DNA from: a virus
Direction: 5' to 3' (one strand)
Length of the DNA: 64,000 nt
IMG/VR virus record: IMGVR_UViG_3300031539_000007
Location: 32,001-96,000 of that record
Shown here: piece by piece, positions 1 to 10,453 of the stretch
How the letters are laid out: the number at the start of each line of letters is the position of its first letter
How positions within the stretch are numbered: the stretch's first letter is position 1
Program-made: the position numbers and the translations under genes
Notes under the pieces: model-generated
What the model saw: the letters and a program-made list of their open reading frames with translations, nothing else
Database searches by the model: none
Told to the model about the DNA's origin: nothing

Positions 1-1
1 G

Positions 2-580
2 ATCCATCAACCTGTCGCGGGTCATATTGCCCAGGACAAGCTTGTTGGCATAGCGCGCAACGTAGTTGAAGACCGTGCGCTTATATTTGCGGATGTCCTC
101 AATGGGGGTGGATGTCCCATAGTCAGACCACTTGGTAACTGTCGTTCCGCCAGTCACGTCAGTAGTCCACTTGGACAGCGCCCAGAAGTTGCTGACGAAG
201 TTGCGCTCTCGCTGAATCCTCAACGCCTGGTCAACCAACAGCGCGCCATCCCTATCAGAGTTGAACGGGTTGTCTTCGTTGACGCGCCGCTCGTCAGAGA
301 TAAAGTGCCTGCCGTGATACAGCTTGCACAGGTATGTCATCGAGGTTGTGACCTTGTATCCGATCTCAGGGGCAACGTCGCCCTCTGCGCCGGGAGTGCT
401 CAGGTCATTGCGGAAAAAGTGCGACTGATCGACCTGGGGGATAATGTCGGTTTGTTTATCGACAAGCACCACCGGGAAGATTTGGTCGGCAATATAGTAT
501 TCATTTGTCGTACCCACCAGAACATTGGTGAGCATTTTGTCAACGTGGACATCACTTGCTAGGGGCATTCTCATAGCCAT
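2..580 (-). CDS. Major capsid protein, N-terminal part (runs off the window edge)
   Basis: Not in the ORF track because it is truncated. Manual translation from ATG at 580 (RBS AAGGAG at 591-596): MAMRMPLASDVHVDKMLTNVLVGTTNEYYIADQIFPVVLVDKQTDIIPQ..., open to the window edge. Resembles HK97-fold capsid N-termini and follows the protease/scaffold and cement genes. Confidence 0.8.
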   Translation of the reverse strand, partial: MAMRMPLASDVHVDKMLTNVLVGTTNEYYIADQIFPVVLVDKQTDIIPQVDQSHFFRNDLSTPGAEGDVAPEIGYKVTTSMTYLCKLYHGRHFISDERRVNEDNPFNSDRDGALLVDQALRIQRERNFVSNFWALSKWTTDVTGGTTVTKWSDYGTSTPIEDIRKYKRTVFNYVARYANKLVLGNMTRDRLMD

Positions 581-594
581 TTATTCATATCTCC

Positions 595-978
595 TTATGC
601 GCCTCGCCCACCGGGAGCCACACTCATCTCTCCGATCTCGTTAGTGTCCCCACCGACAATGCAAACGCCGACGAGATAGGTTGTCGTGTCTGTACCAGGT
701 GTCTGCGTGACGGCGCGCCCGCTGGTATCAGTCGTTAAACTTGCCCCAGCCGCGACGGTATCCCCAAAAATAACCTTGGAATGTCCTGCCACCCGCACGC
801 TAACCGCAGCGCCGGTCGTCCCGCCAACCTGGATAACGCCCAGTAGCTTTTCCGTAACCGCGTCCGCCATATCCACCGTGTTATCTGTTGAGGACGCCGT
901 ACCAAGATACCACTGCTTGGCACTCAGGTCGTCGAGGGCCAACATCGAAATATCGAACCCTTCAAATTGTTTTGCCAT
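595..978 (-). CDS. Capsid cement/decoration protein (DUF2190-like)
   Basis: 127 aa, Gly/Ala/Thr/Val-rich beta protein (LLGVIQ..G..VSV.VAG..KV..G..VAAG..LT.D..GRAV); lies between scaffold and capsid genes. Confidence 0.65.
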   Translation of the reverse strand: MAKQFEGFDISMLALDDLSAKQWYLGTASSTDNTVDMADAVTEKLLGVIQVGGTTGAAVSVRVAGHSKVIFGDTVAAGASLTTDTSGRAVTQTPGTDTTTYLVGVCIVGGDTNEIGEMSVAPGGRGA

Positions 979-981
979 CGT

Positions 982-2310
982 TTATTTCTCCTTAGAAACT
1001 TTCGCGCTGTACTCACGGTACAGATCAGCGTTTTGTTCATTGACCTTCACGAGCGCCTGCGCGTAGGGGATGCTTTTTTCCTGCGCCATCTCGCGCGCCA
1101 GTTGTTCTAGCTTGCTCGCTGGATCAGCCCGGTCTTGCCCGTCGTGACCCTTCTCAGAAAACAGTGCCGCTGTGTCAACCTGGCTCTGCAACGCCTTGAT
1201 AGTTGCAATGAACTTACCGTAGTGATCTTTGTTGTCACTGCCGTCAGCGTCATTGAGCCACATCAGTTCGTCGCCGTAATCTTCAGACAACTTCAATTCC
1301 TGCGCGGTCTCGGCAAACTGTAACTTGCGTTTCTCTAGCCGCTCTTGTGCCACGGCTTCCTCAGCCAACCGCACTTGCTCTGCGTATTGCTTCAGTTCGT
1401 CCGTGGCCTTCACTTGCGCTTCCTGGAGCGCGGCGATCTCGGCATCTTTCTGCGCAATAGCCTCGGCGTATTTTTCTGCGGCTGCGACATCTGCCAGATT
1501 GCCCATATCCTTGATTTCTTTTTCAGGCATAGTTTTTTCCTCCACTTGTTTTGGTTCCATATCAGCGAACAACTTCTCGATTCTGGCCTTTAGTTCTGGC
1601 CTTGTCGTTGCTAGACGCACAAGTTCCTCGGTTAATTGTTGCTGACCGTCTTCCGTATCTTCGTAATTTACAATATTACCGTCTTCAAAAATAGCCGTGC
1701 CGCGTCCCAGTCGCGGGCGTGGCGTGATGGCAATTCCAAGCGCCACATTGTTATAAGTTTTGCCATCGTACACGCCAGTATAATCTTCCCAACATACTTC
1801 TGGCGATGCGTACTTATAACCTTTCTTTGCGAATTCTTCTAGCGCCCCGTCGCGGAAAGACGGCTTCCATTCAACTCGGTCTGCTTCAATTCGCAAATCG
1901 GCAATATGCCCATAAATTCCGAGTTCGTCCTTGTGTAATGTGTCGATTGGCAACTCATAGTCAGGGACGCTATTTTTGAAATTGCTAACCATTTCAATAC
2001 CATCATTGATCGTGAAGTCTTTCTTGTACCCCTGATGGTAAATCTCGCGGAACGGGAAATATAGATACCACTTGTCTTCGGCGAGATCGGCGAACGGCAC
2101 CATGAATCTTCCCTCTTCCATCTTCGCTACCCACTTGCCGTCTTTCTTCTCGTAGTCCCGCTCGACAATCCCCCAGGCAATTTTGAAAGCGGCGCTCTCG
2201 TCTTTGCCTGCTTCGAGTTGTTCGTTCACACGATGCATGAATAGCGTCTGTGCCGCTTTGGGCAGTACCTTAGTTTGTTCTGGTAGTTCAGAAATGTTTT
2301 TGTATGGCAT
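982..2310 (-). CDS. ChaB-like domain + Mu-type prohead protease + coiled-coil scaffold fusion
   Basis: N-terminus MPYKNISELP...LPKAAQ...AFKIAWG.V...Y.K..GKWV is ChaB-like; middle LPID..H...G.I.DL...W...YKYASPE...VAL..AIT.RP is Mu gpI-like protease; C-terminus is an E/A/K-rich coiled coil. Confidence 0.75.
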   Translation of the reverse strand: MPYKNISELPEQTKVLPKAAQTLFMHRVNEQLEAGKDESAAFKIAWGIVERDYEKKDGKWVAKMEEGRFMVPFADLAEDKWYLYFPFREIYHQGYKKDFTINDGIEMVSNFKNSVPDYELPIDTLHKDELGIYGHIADLRIEADRVEWKPSFRDGALEEFAKKGYKYASPEVCWEDYTGVYDGKTYNNVALGIAITPRPRLGRGTAIFEDGNIVNYEDTEDGQQQLTEELVRLATTRPELKARIEKLFADMEPKQVEEKTMPEKEIKDMGNLADVAAAEKYAEAIAQKDAEIAALQEAQVKATDELKQYAEQVRLAEEAVAQERLEKRKLQFAETAQELKLSEDYGDELMWLNDADGSDNKDHYGKFIATIKALQSQVDTAALFSEKGHDGQDRADPASKLEQLAREMAQEKSIPYAQALVKVNEQNADLYREYSAKVSKEK

Positions 2311-2349
2311 TGTTTATATTATCCTGTATAAGAAAGACAAGTAGCAACC

Positions 2350-2553
2350 TTAAACGATTGTGATGATTTCGTTGGCGTCAGCTTCTTGTAGCATCTCTAG
2401 CACCTGCGGGGCAGAGATACGCCACATCTTCACTGGCCGTTTCCCGTGGAACTGCACCATCACAGTCTCATAACCGCTGCCCATTTCAAGATGCTCTAAC
2501 AGCGGCAGGTAACGTACTAACAAAGTGCGCACAGTTTCAGCGTCGAGTTTCAC
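2350..2553 (-). CDS. Hypothetical protein
   Basis: GTG start overlaps the stop of the upstream nucleotidase gene (translational coupling). Confidence 0.5.
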   Translation of the reverse strand: MKLDAETVRTLLVRYLPLLEHLEMGSGYETVMVQFHGKRPVKMWRISAPQVLEMLQEADANEIITIV

Positions 2554-3050
2554 AGTAGCCTCCCTAATAGTTCCGCCCATCCAGTAACCCTAATGGCTTT
2601 TGATGCGCGGAATAGATTGTATGGCTGACTAAAAAGATATGTGGCGCAATCCAGCTTCGCTAATACGTCGGGGTTGTCGTCAACGAATATGTCTATGCCC
2701 AGCCGCCGTACCTCAACTTCTTTCGAGAGCACGGTTCTTAGCGGAGCTTGGATACCATACACCCTAAGCCACTCTGATGATGGCTGGTATAGGTACGCGG
2801 GCCTGGAAGTCACATAGACTATCTTTGTCCCCAACGCCAGCAACTTCGCAATACTCTCTGTCGCCCCTGGGATCGGCCTCATCCGCGCGTAGGTCGCTTG
2901 GTGATGAAAGAATGATGCTAGGATGTCATCGGATACGTGCGGATACATCTCCTCGAACGAGTATGCTTGCGGGCAGGCAGGCTCTCCAAACGCGCGCCTT
3001 GCCGCCCCTAGTAGATCACAGACCACGCCATCAAGGTCTAGCCCGATCAT
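2550..3050 (-). CDS. HAD-family 5'(3')-deoxyribonucleotidase (NT5C-like)
   Basis: Motif I IGLDLDGVV at the likely start (ATG 3050), PIPGA, YVTSRP, IFVDD.P, LF..PYN. Confidence 0.85.
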   Translation of the reverse strand: MIGLDLDGVVCDLLGAARRAFGEPACPQAYSFEEMYPHVSDDILASFFHHQATYARMRPIPGATESIAKLLALGTKIVYVTSRPAYLYQPSSEWLRVYGIQAPLRTVLSKEVEVRRLGIDIFVDDNPDVLAKLDCATYLFSQPYNLFRASKAIRVTGWAELLGRLL

Positions 3051-3135
3051 CTCAAAAACAGGGCCAGTAGGATTGTGAGTGTATATGTCCCGAAGAATAG
3101 TAACACTGCTAATGTTTGTTTCTTGTCGGAGGCCA

Positions 3136-5169
3136 TCAGAACACACGCCCGCGATACTTGTATTGATAGTAGCATCTGTCGTTGTGCTTGCAGTCGCGCT
3201 CGCCAATCGGAATCATATTGCGCGATTCTGTCCACCCTAGCCCCGTTAGCGCCTCGCACGTGGGGCACACGCGGTCGTCGCGCGCGCTCACATTGCGTAC
3301 CAGTAAGTCTTCGCCAGAGAGCATCCCCTGCGCATAATCTACGGACAGCACGTTCTTGGGATACAGAGAGTCAATCATGCGCTTGGCCCTAACCGCCGTG
3401 CCATGATTAGCGAAGAGCTTGTAAATCATATTTGTATAACCAGCAGTGCGGAAACGCAGCGCCCCCACAGCGCCAAATACGGCGAGTGCAAAGAGCTTGT
3501 CTGAGAGCGTGGAGTCATGTGCTTCTCTAGCCGCCGCCAGCGCCGCTTCGCGCACAGATGGCAATAAGCTATTATCAATGTAGCCAGCATGTTCAAGCAG
3601 CATATCGCTGATGACTTTTAGAGATTCGATGTCTGGCTTGTCACCAGTGTGCTTTAGCCACGCGGCGAAGACATCATCGCTCAATTGGCTTTTTAGTGCT
3701 CTGGAGAGGCGTGACATAAACATGTCTACGATGTCTGCGTAGTCGTCCTCGTCGGCTGCATACAGTGATGCGGGCAACTCTTTCAGTTCGCGGTCATATA
3801 CTCGTATAAGTCTAAGCCCCGCTTGGTCTGCAAATTCGTCAGCGGCCTGTGCCGTTTGCGCGTCTGCGTATTCTGACGCAGCGGTTATTTGTTGACCGGC
3901 GGGCATTGTTAGTCCTTCTTCGCCCTCCGGCGTACCGAGATTCTGTGCAGGGAGGTTGGGCTTCAGGAGCATACCTGACTCTTTAGCCTGTTGCAAGCCA
4001 ACGATTTGGCGAACTTGATTCTCAAGGCCGAGTGAGTATGTTAGTCCACCGGCGTTGAGCAGGTTACTGACAAGCTCTGCAAAATCGCCAACGTCGATCT
4101 TGCTGATCTTAGAGAACAATAGCTGCGGGTAGCCAGAGCCTTCTTGGAAAGAGTTCAGATCGAACAGGCGCGGGATGGCGTGGCGGTTGAATATCTCGCC
4201 GATGCGTTTCATATACGTGTTGAGAGCGATGAGATACATGGCAGATTTATCTCTAATCATTGCCAGGCTCCCGCCCTCTGAAATCATAATGAAGTCCATC
4301 AATAGGTTGCGGGCCATATCTACGCGATGGCGGGTGATGACCGCGCTTATATCGAGCGCCGGGCCTTCGCTGGGCATTGCGTATTTGAAGTCCCAGCCGA
4401 ACGGCAACGTGATCCCCATATCGTCGCCGACCTTAATGTTACGCACGATAAGCTTCGCTTGCGTAAGCGCTTCGGAATCCTCGGTTGTGTCCATGTTCTC
4501 TGGCAGAGTAACGACGGGCGTACCGCTCATGCGCTCGCAGATTATGGCCTCAAGGATTTCTAGGTTGTTGGCATAGAACCAGGATTTGTATGCCCCCATA
4601 AAAATGCTAATACCCTCCACATTGTTCTTCCCCATGCCAGTTGTGGAGAAGTGCAGCAGTTTCTCGATAGGTATGAATACTTGTTTGCTATCGAAGTTCT
4701 GCCACATCCCTTTCAGGCCGTAATTGTCGTCCCACTCCCAATGATCGAGTGTCACCGGGTGACGAGGCGGGAGCTTCTTCCAGTGGACGCGCCCGTCCTC
4801 CTTCTTCTCGTAGACGATCTCTAAATCCATCCAGCCATACGCCAGCATGAGGATGATGTCGCTCATAATATCGGTGAACGACTTGCTCATACCGTGTAGA
4901 TTTTGTTCTAGGAAAGCTGCTTTCTCTACATCTACTGGCTCTTTACCAGCAGGGCGCACTGTAACTTCGACGTTCTGCATAAACAGGGAGGTGGTTTGCA
5001 GCATCGCCGAGCCAGTTGGGTCAACCTGGCTCATCTCGTCGTATGTCTTGACTTTGCGGTCGCTGGTGCGTAGCTCGGTAATCCAGCTAGAGACAATCGC
5101 ACCGTTCCACTCGTCTACGCCGGGTACACCCAATTCGCCGAGCGGCACTTTAACTTTAGCGTCAGCCAT
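3136..5169 (-). CDS. Portal protein (Mu gp29/DUF935-like) with C-terminal MuF-like minor head domain
   Basis: 677 aa; AYGW..LEIVY, IP.EKLLHF, N.EG.SIF..AY..W, ER..G.PV, AIPRLFDLN; C-terminal RDDRVCPTC...CKHNDRC. Confidence 0.8.
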   Translation of the reverse strand: MADAKVKVPLGELGVPGVDEWNGAIVSSWITELRTSDRKVKTYDEMSQVDPTGSAMLQTTSLFMQNVEVTVRPAGKEPVDVEKAAFLEQNLHGMSKSFTDIMSDIILMLAYGWMDLEIVYEKKEDGRVHWKKLPPRHPVTLDHWEWDDNYGLKGMWQNFDSKQVFIPIEKLLHFSTTGMGKNNVEGISIFMGAYKSWFYANNLEILEAIICERMSGTPVVTLPENMDTTEDSEALTQAKLIVRNIKVGDDMGITLPFGWDFKYAMPSEGPALDISAVITRHRVDMARNLLMDFIMISEGGSLAMIRDKSAMYLIALNTYMKRIGEIFNRHAIPRLFDLNSFQEGSGYPQLLFSKISKIDVGDFAELVSNLLNAGGLTYSLGLENQVRQIVGLQQAKESGMLLKPNLPAQNLGTPEGEEGLTMPAGQQITAASEYADAQTAQAADEFADQAGLRLIRVYDRELKELPASLYAADEDDYADIVDMFMSRLSRALKSQLSDDVFAAWLKHTGDKPDIESLKVISDMLLEHAGYIDNSLLPSVREAALAAAREAHDSTLSDKLFALAVFGAVGALRFRTAGYTNMIYKLFANHGTAVRAKRMIDSLYPKNVLSVDYAQGMLSGEDLLVRNVSARDDRVCPTCEALTGLGWTESRNMIPIGERDCKHNDRCYYQYKYRGRVF

Positions 5170-5171
5170 TA

Positions 5172-5450
5172 TTAACCTTTATCAAACACGTCGTGGATTA
5201 GCGATGCCCCGCCGCCAACGAACAATGCGGTGACGATTTGCCCAAGCAACCCGTCCATGTAGCCAGTGAAGATATTGATGTTGGCGAACCAGCCCATAGC
5301 AAAACCGGTGGCGAGGGACACATATACCAGCCACCACATATCAAGGGTCGGCCATTTCTTGCGCACAGGTGCAACAAGGGCGTCAATCAGGGACTTGTTC
5401 GCTACCGCCAAGAACAATGCAATACCTAAAGCCAATGCGTTCTGTTCCAC
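5172..5450 (-). CDS. Holin-like small membrane protein
   Basis: 92 aa, about three hydrophobic segments, C-terminal GGGASLIHD; RBS GAGGTG before GTG. Confidence 0.55.
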   Translation of the reverse strand: MEQNALALGIALFLAVANKSLIDALVAPVRKKWPTLDMWWLVYVSLATGFAMGWFANINIFTGYMDGLLGQIVTALFVGGGASLIHDVFDKG

Positions 5451-5470
5451 GTAACACCTCCGGTGATTTT

Positions 5471-5488
5471 CTACTCATAGTTGAGTAG
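5471..5488. repeat. 18-bp palindrome CTACTCA-N4-TGAGTAG, first of 9 copies (others at 7794, 13961, 27688, 33734, 34820, 46899, 52458, 57873)
   Basis: Read directly from the sequence; 6 copies have perfect arms, 3 have one mismatch. Confidence 0.85.
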
Positions 5489-5562
5489 GATGATAGCCTA
5501 AAAAGCATAGTGACTCAACCTTAAACAAGATAAGTGTCACAGAATCGGGTGTCATTTGTCAG

Positions 5563-5590
5563 TTGCGCTTTGGTGATTCTGTAGTAGAAT
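5563..5590 (+). promoter_or_regulatory. Putative sigma70-type promoter for the plus-strand block
   Basis: TTGCGC-N16-TAGAAT upstream of RBS GAGGAGG and ORF 5627. Confidence 0.4.
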
Positions 5591-5626
5591 ATATTCAGGC
5601 TTATGAAAACGAGGAGGCTATGAGAG

Positions 5627-7997
5627 ATGAGTGCTGATAATTGGGCAATATGTCCGCGCTGTAAAACGCGGGCAGAGAAAGAGTACAACGAAAAAGCTGC
5701 CGTGGCTGGCGCGATGTACGGCAATGCGCCACCCAAAGAATACATGACGGCGATAGCGCAACTTAAACCTCCACGCATAGAAGAAACGTTGCGTGAATAC
5801 TACGAATTAGGTATCGAGAATGACGGGGTGTTCTGCGTGTCCTATCGTGCCGTTTGTGCATGTGGCTTCGAGTTCAGTTATGAGCACGAAGAGGAGGCTA
5901 CGTAATGGATTACATACTTGTTGCAGTAATAGCGTTGGGATTTTTGGTGCTGTTGCGCTGTAGTTATCTGGACGCAATGATTTCGTCTTTTGCCAGAGGT
6001 GGCGCGGACGCCGCTGCTATGGATTGGTTTTTTGCATGCAAATATCCGAAGGGATTGCTTGCGCGCTTTGTAAAGTTTTTGCACTATTACGGGGAGATTG
6101 CACGATGACATACAGATTCGATTATATCTTTGAAGTACTAGAGTCGTGGGCGAGAAACCACAACTAGGAGATTCTATGAAATATAATAAGTATCGTCCAT
6201 ACGATTTCTCTGGCTTGGGAAACATTTTGGCGTTCTTCTATAGAAAGGGGTGGTACTCCCACACGCTTGACTTACTCACTATCACGATGCAGGGTGGGTT
6301 CGAGGCGTTTAGCGGGAGAGCATCAGAGACATGGGAAAACAGGTTCGTTGTGAAGAACTGCGCAATCCCAGAGCTTGGCGTGGTGGCTAACAGCGCTACC
6401 GGAGAAACACTTGGGGAAGCGTGTGACACTCTCTTGAGAATTCTCGAAGCACAGAAAACGCCGTGAAAGTAAAAGTCTCGCGAGTACAGTTAAGGGCAGA
6501 TATATACGCGCACACTATCCCTACCAAGAAAGTCGCCGACTCGTATGTTGGCGAGTTACTGGCAATCGTCCCAGTGAACGGGCGTGTGTGCTATGTGATC
6601 GCGGGGAACGGGGGCGTTGTCTCACAAGAGTATGTCTCAGACTGGACAAGGATTGAGGTGGTACAATGAGCTGGGTTTTAATAGCGTTCTTGGTACTTGT
6701 CTTTGTTGCTGCTTGTGTCACATTCGGGTGGAAACATTGATCGGCTTACTGTGGCACGACTCATCCAAGCGCCCGCTGATAGAGATACTGCCAGCAGCGT
6801 TAGAGCATTATGCCAAGCGTGTTGGCGGCGTCCCCGCGTTCGTGGCGGTGCATGCAGATTGCTACGAAGAGAAAGAAGTCCTGGGAATGAGGATTGTTGG
6901 GGAATACAACGTGCTACAGTATCACTACTTTTTAGTGGAAGGAGAGCAATAACTATGCGAGCCTGGCGTTTCAAAGAAGCGCAGCTCTGGTTTAGTGAGG
7001 ATTCCGAGAGCGCGACTGGGAAAGACAGCGAGTTCTATATCGTTCTGTCACTAGAGCAAACTATCGAATTCCTCAAAGGACTGTTGCCGCCCAGAGACGG
7101 GGATGAGGAGGCCGTGTGACGACCGTACAAGAACTCAGAGATGCGCTGCGCGTTGCGGCAAGGGCGCTAGAGCAAGTGTCGGATTGGGATATAACTGATG
7201 TACGGGCACATCCGCCCAAAGAGTGGGGGCTTAAAGCGTATGGTGATGGCGCATCACATGGGTGGTGTTCTATCACCCAGCTTGCTAAAAAGCTCGCTGG
7301 GTTATCCGTAGAAGACGTACCTGACGATGAGGACGAGATGCTGGATAGCGACTATGCTTCATGGGCAGAGTGCCCGTACTAGAAACAGAGAGGGGGTTCG
7401 CTAGTGGCTGTATTTATTGGTAGTAGAGGGCAGGTGTGGTTTTGCGCGAACCCAGAGAGCGACCCACGGGTGTGGGTTTTGATGCCTGCGGATACGGTCG
7501 TAGAAACAGATCGCGAGTATCGCTATGCCTCGATTGCAGAAAACTGGAAAGTGGGAACGTTGATTATAGGAATAACATGGGATAGTGACGCTAATGGCAG
7601 AACTTAAGGAGATTCACTGATGGATTACTGGCGTGGATATATGGACTGGCCGCTGGCCTCTGAATGGGAGTGCATTGTTTGTGGAGCGCGCGTGTTGGTG
7701 TGGGGGTTTATACATGGGATATGCAGATGCGAACACTGTCACGCAGAATATGCGATGCTCGACAGGTCGAAGCGTGTCACAGTCCCAATCTCTCTACTCA
7801 AAGATGAGTACGTTGAGCCAGCCAAGTACCTGTGGGGCAAATATCACAAGCCGCTCGATGAATACGACAATGGCGACTGGGATGAGGCTCTGCGTGTTTG
7901 CCCGAACTGTAACGGCGTTGGCATTACGCAGGGCGGGACTGAGGACTACGAGTTCGCCGATTGCCCCGCCTGTGCCGGTACAGGGAGAGGCGTTTAG
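5627..7997 (+). other. Cluster of about 9 small hypothetical genes, several Cys-rich
   Basis: Tightly coupled ORFs (5627-5905, 5905-6108, 6146-6466, 6463-6669, to 6952, to 7119, 7116-7382, 7404-7607, 7620-7997) with overlapping start/stop codons and RBSs. Confidence 0.6.
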
Positions 7998-8000
7998 CCA

Positions 8001-8786
8001 ATGTTCAGCATAACGAACGAGAAGGAGGTATCAGCCGTAGGGCTGGTTCAGCCTAACACATTAGTTCTAGGGGACTGCTTGGAAGTCATGAAGTACATTC
8101 CAGACGGCTCTGTGGACTTGGTGTTGACCGATATACCCTACGGAACAACCGCGTGCAAGTGGGACTCCGTTATTCCGTTTGAACCGATGTGGGCAGCCGT
8201 CAAGCACGTATTGAAGCCGCGCGGGGTATTCGTAACTACTGCGAGTCAGCCGTTTACAAGCGCGCTGATTATGTCAAATATTAGGAACTATAAACATTCT
8301 TGGGTATGGAATAAGAAGCTAGCTGGCAATGCAATATTTGCGAAAAAGCAACCATTAAAAATACACGAAGATATTGTCGTATTTTCATTCGCCGGTTGTT
8401 TGTATTATCCGCAAATGAGGACTGGAAAATTAAGGAAAAAGAATGGGATAAAGAACAAGCTAGGAACATTTGGTGATTCAGAGATCACAGAAAACGATCA
8501 GTATTATCCTACTTCTATTTTACAGTTCTCTAATGCTGGATTACGGAGAGGAAAAGTGCATCTGTCTCAAAAGCCTGTCGCCCTCTATGAGTACCTTGTC
8601 CACACCTACACCAACGACGGCGACACAGTGCTTGATTTCACGATGGGGTCTGGCACAACTGGCGTCGCCTGTGTGAACACGAATCGTAAATTCATCGGCA
8701 TTGAACTTGATAGAGGATATTTCGACATCGCCGTTGATAGAATCAACGCCGCGTTAGCAACCCCCGCGCAAGGCTCGCTATTCTAA
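8001..8786 (+). CDS. DNA methyltransferase (N6-A/N4-C, beta class)
   Basis: GDCLEVM, VDLVLTDIPYG, H..QKPV.L, VLDFTMGSGTTGVAC, FIGIELD. Confidence 0.92.
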   Translation: MFSITNEKEVSAVGLVQPNTLVLGDCLEVMKYIPDGSVDLVLTDIPYGTTACKWDSVIPFEPMWAAVKHVLKPRGVFVTTASQPFTSALIMSNIRNYKHSWVWNKKLAGNAIFAKKQPLKIHEDIVVFSFAGCLYYPQMRTGKLRKKNGIKNKLGTFGDSEITENDQYYPTSILQFSNAGLRRGKVHLSQKPVALYEYLVHTYTNDGDTVLDFTMGSGTTGVACVNTNRKFIGIELDRGYFDIAVDRINAALATPAQGSLF

Positions 8787-10453
8787 CCCACGCGCCATCT
8801 AGCCCCTCTGGACGCATTGAATTGCCCCATCGCCTGTCCTGATCTGCCGTACTTCCCGCCGCTTATCACTATGGCTTGGGGCAGCACCGTTGATACCCGC
8901 ATAGGCCCACCAACATAAGCATAGCGCAGCGCTGTGGGATAGTCCTCTCCATCCTTGCCCGGTGTGTCGCGGTCGTAGCTACCATCGGGCATTCGCTTGC
9001 ACTTGAACTTCTTGGCTATCGCTGTATGCAATTCAGGGCACCTCTCGGTGTCTATGAACAGACTGCGCGTGTTTGAGTTATCTCTGAAAGCATCGCGCAG
9101 CACCCCAATTCCATAAGCCACGTTCGCCACCTCTTTCGGTATGGTTCTACAGTTCAGATCACGCGGCCAATCGCCGATCAGGTCTTGTGCCGCTTTCTCT
9201 GCCCAGAACACCGAGATGTGCAAGCCGAACTCGTCAATGATGCGTGCCTTCATTTCGTGTGCCGCTTGGATGAGCTTGCTCGGCGTGTTGTTGTTGTCGT
9301 CCCACTCTGCAATTACCCAGCGCAGACGCTTGCCGTTTTCGAGTACCCCAGGAGCCTGAGCTACTACCACGATTCTACCACGACCGCGCTGGTCTACCCC
9401 AGCAAAGCACGTCCAGTTGTTGATGTCTGCGCCCTCTGGTGGGAATGGCTGCTGACAACCCATGTCGTATTGTGGATAGACAAGTCCTTGTTGTTTTCCT
9501 GTAAGCAAGAGGTTCTGTAAGGCGAATGATTCGGCGTCGGTCGTTAAGAACTTGGAGCAGACATCTTGGTAGGGATAGTGCCCCTCAGCTTTCTCGCCCC
9601 TGCCGCCACATAGTTCTTCGTAGTTGCCTGTGTACGGGTTAGTCCAGAACTGTAACGGGCAGCCACCGCAGCCAATGGGGTACGCTCTACCGCACGGCTT
9701 CATCGTGTCGAAGATGTCGAACTCATAAACGGCGATGCCCTTCTCTTCGGCAGTATCGAGGAAGCTCTGCATCGTGCCGGTGCTGTGGTACTGGCTGGAT
9801 GCCATTAGTGTAGTGGCCTGATATTGGTCGCTGCTCATTGGCATCTGCATTGCGGTTGCCAGAATGAGCGTGTCAATATGGTCTAGCTCGTCTACTGTCA
9901 GCGCGTGAGGGTGTGGGCCAGATACAGAACGCTCGCTGCCTCCAGTGCGTATTTCTAGCTTCGAGCCGTTCGTGAGGACGCACTTTGTTACCATTGGCTC
10001 TGCCGCCAGCATATCCGCAAAGAACGGCAGCTTTATCAGTCCTTCGACGCCATCCTTTTCCTTGCTGCCAGCGAAGTAGGCATAGCCGTCGCGCGCCTGT
10101 CCTTCTGAGCCAGCGATGTTGACAATTGAATAGCCTGGCTTAAAGCGCATTGAGGCGAGGTCGAAGATTGAGAACAGGCGCGTCTTGCCAGCACCACGAT
10201 TGCCACGCGCGACAAGCACCCGCTCGCGCTCGAAGAAGGCGTCGGCGATAAACTCGAATGGCGAGCGATGGCCCGCCTTGGTTACGTGGCGCGCAATGTT
10301 AAAGCCGAGTACGTAATTTACCCATTGGTGGAATTCGTCATCAGTCGTCGGGCGCTGTGAGGACATTTTGGAGCGCCGCAACATCAAGGTCGCTTGTGCG
10401 TCCGACAAAATCTGGGCTAACATCTGTTGCGATTGCGTCGATGATTGTTCCAC
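8783..10453 (-). CDS. terL: Terminase large subunit
   Basis: Walker A RGNRGAGKT, Walker B LTVDELD, nuclease-domain AGVD and C-terminal D..ALRYA; same strand as the portal. Confidence 0.8.
   Translation of the reverse strand: MEQSSTQSQQMLAQILSDAQATLMLRRSKMSSQRPTTDDEFHQWVNYVLGFNIARHVTKAGHRSPFEFIADAFFERERVLVARGNRGAGKTRLFSIFDLASMRFKPGYSIVNIAGSEGQARDGYAYFAGSKEKDGVEGLIKLPFFADMLAAEPMVTKCVLTNGSKLEIRTGGSERSVSGPHPHALTVDELDHIDTLILATAMQMPMSSDQYQATTLMASSQYHSTGTMQSFLDTAEEKGIAVYEFDIFDTMKPCGRAYPIGCGGCPLQFWTNPYTGNYEELCGGRGEKAEGHYPYQDVCSKFLTTDAESFALQNLLLTGKQQGLVYPQYDMGCQQPFPPEGADINNWTCFAGVDQRGRGRIVVVAQAPGVLENGKRLRWVIAEWDDNNNTPSKLIQAAHEMKARIIDEFGLHISVFWAEKAAQDLIGDWPRDLNCRTIPKEVANVAYGIGVLRDAFRDNSNTRSLFIDTERCPELHTAIAKKFKCKRMPDGSYDRDTPGKDGEDYPTALRYAYVGGPMRVSTVLPQAIVISGGKYGRSGQAMGQFNASRGARWRVG

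Noticed and set aside
305-5233. Plus-strand ORFs over the head genes and similar antisense ORFs elsewhere
   Set aside because: Shadow frames of well-supported opposite-strand genes, with no RBS or motifs.
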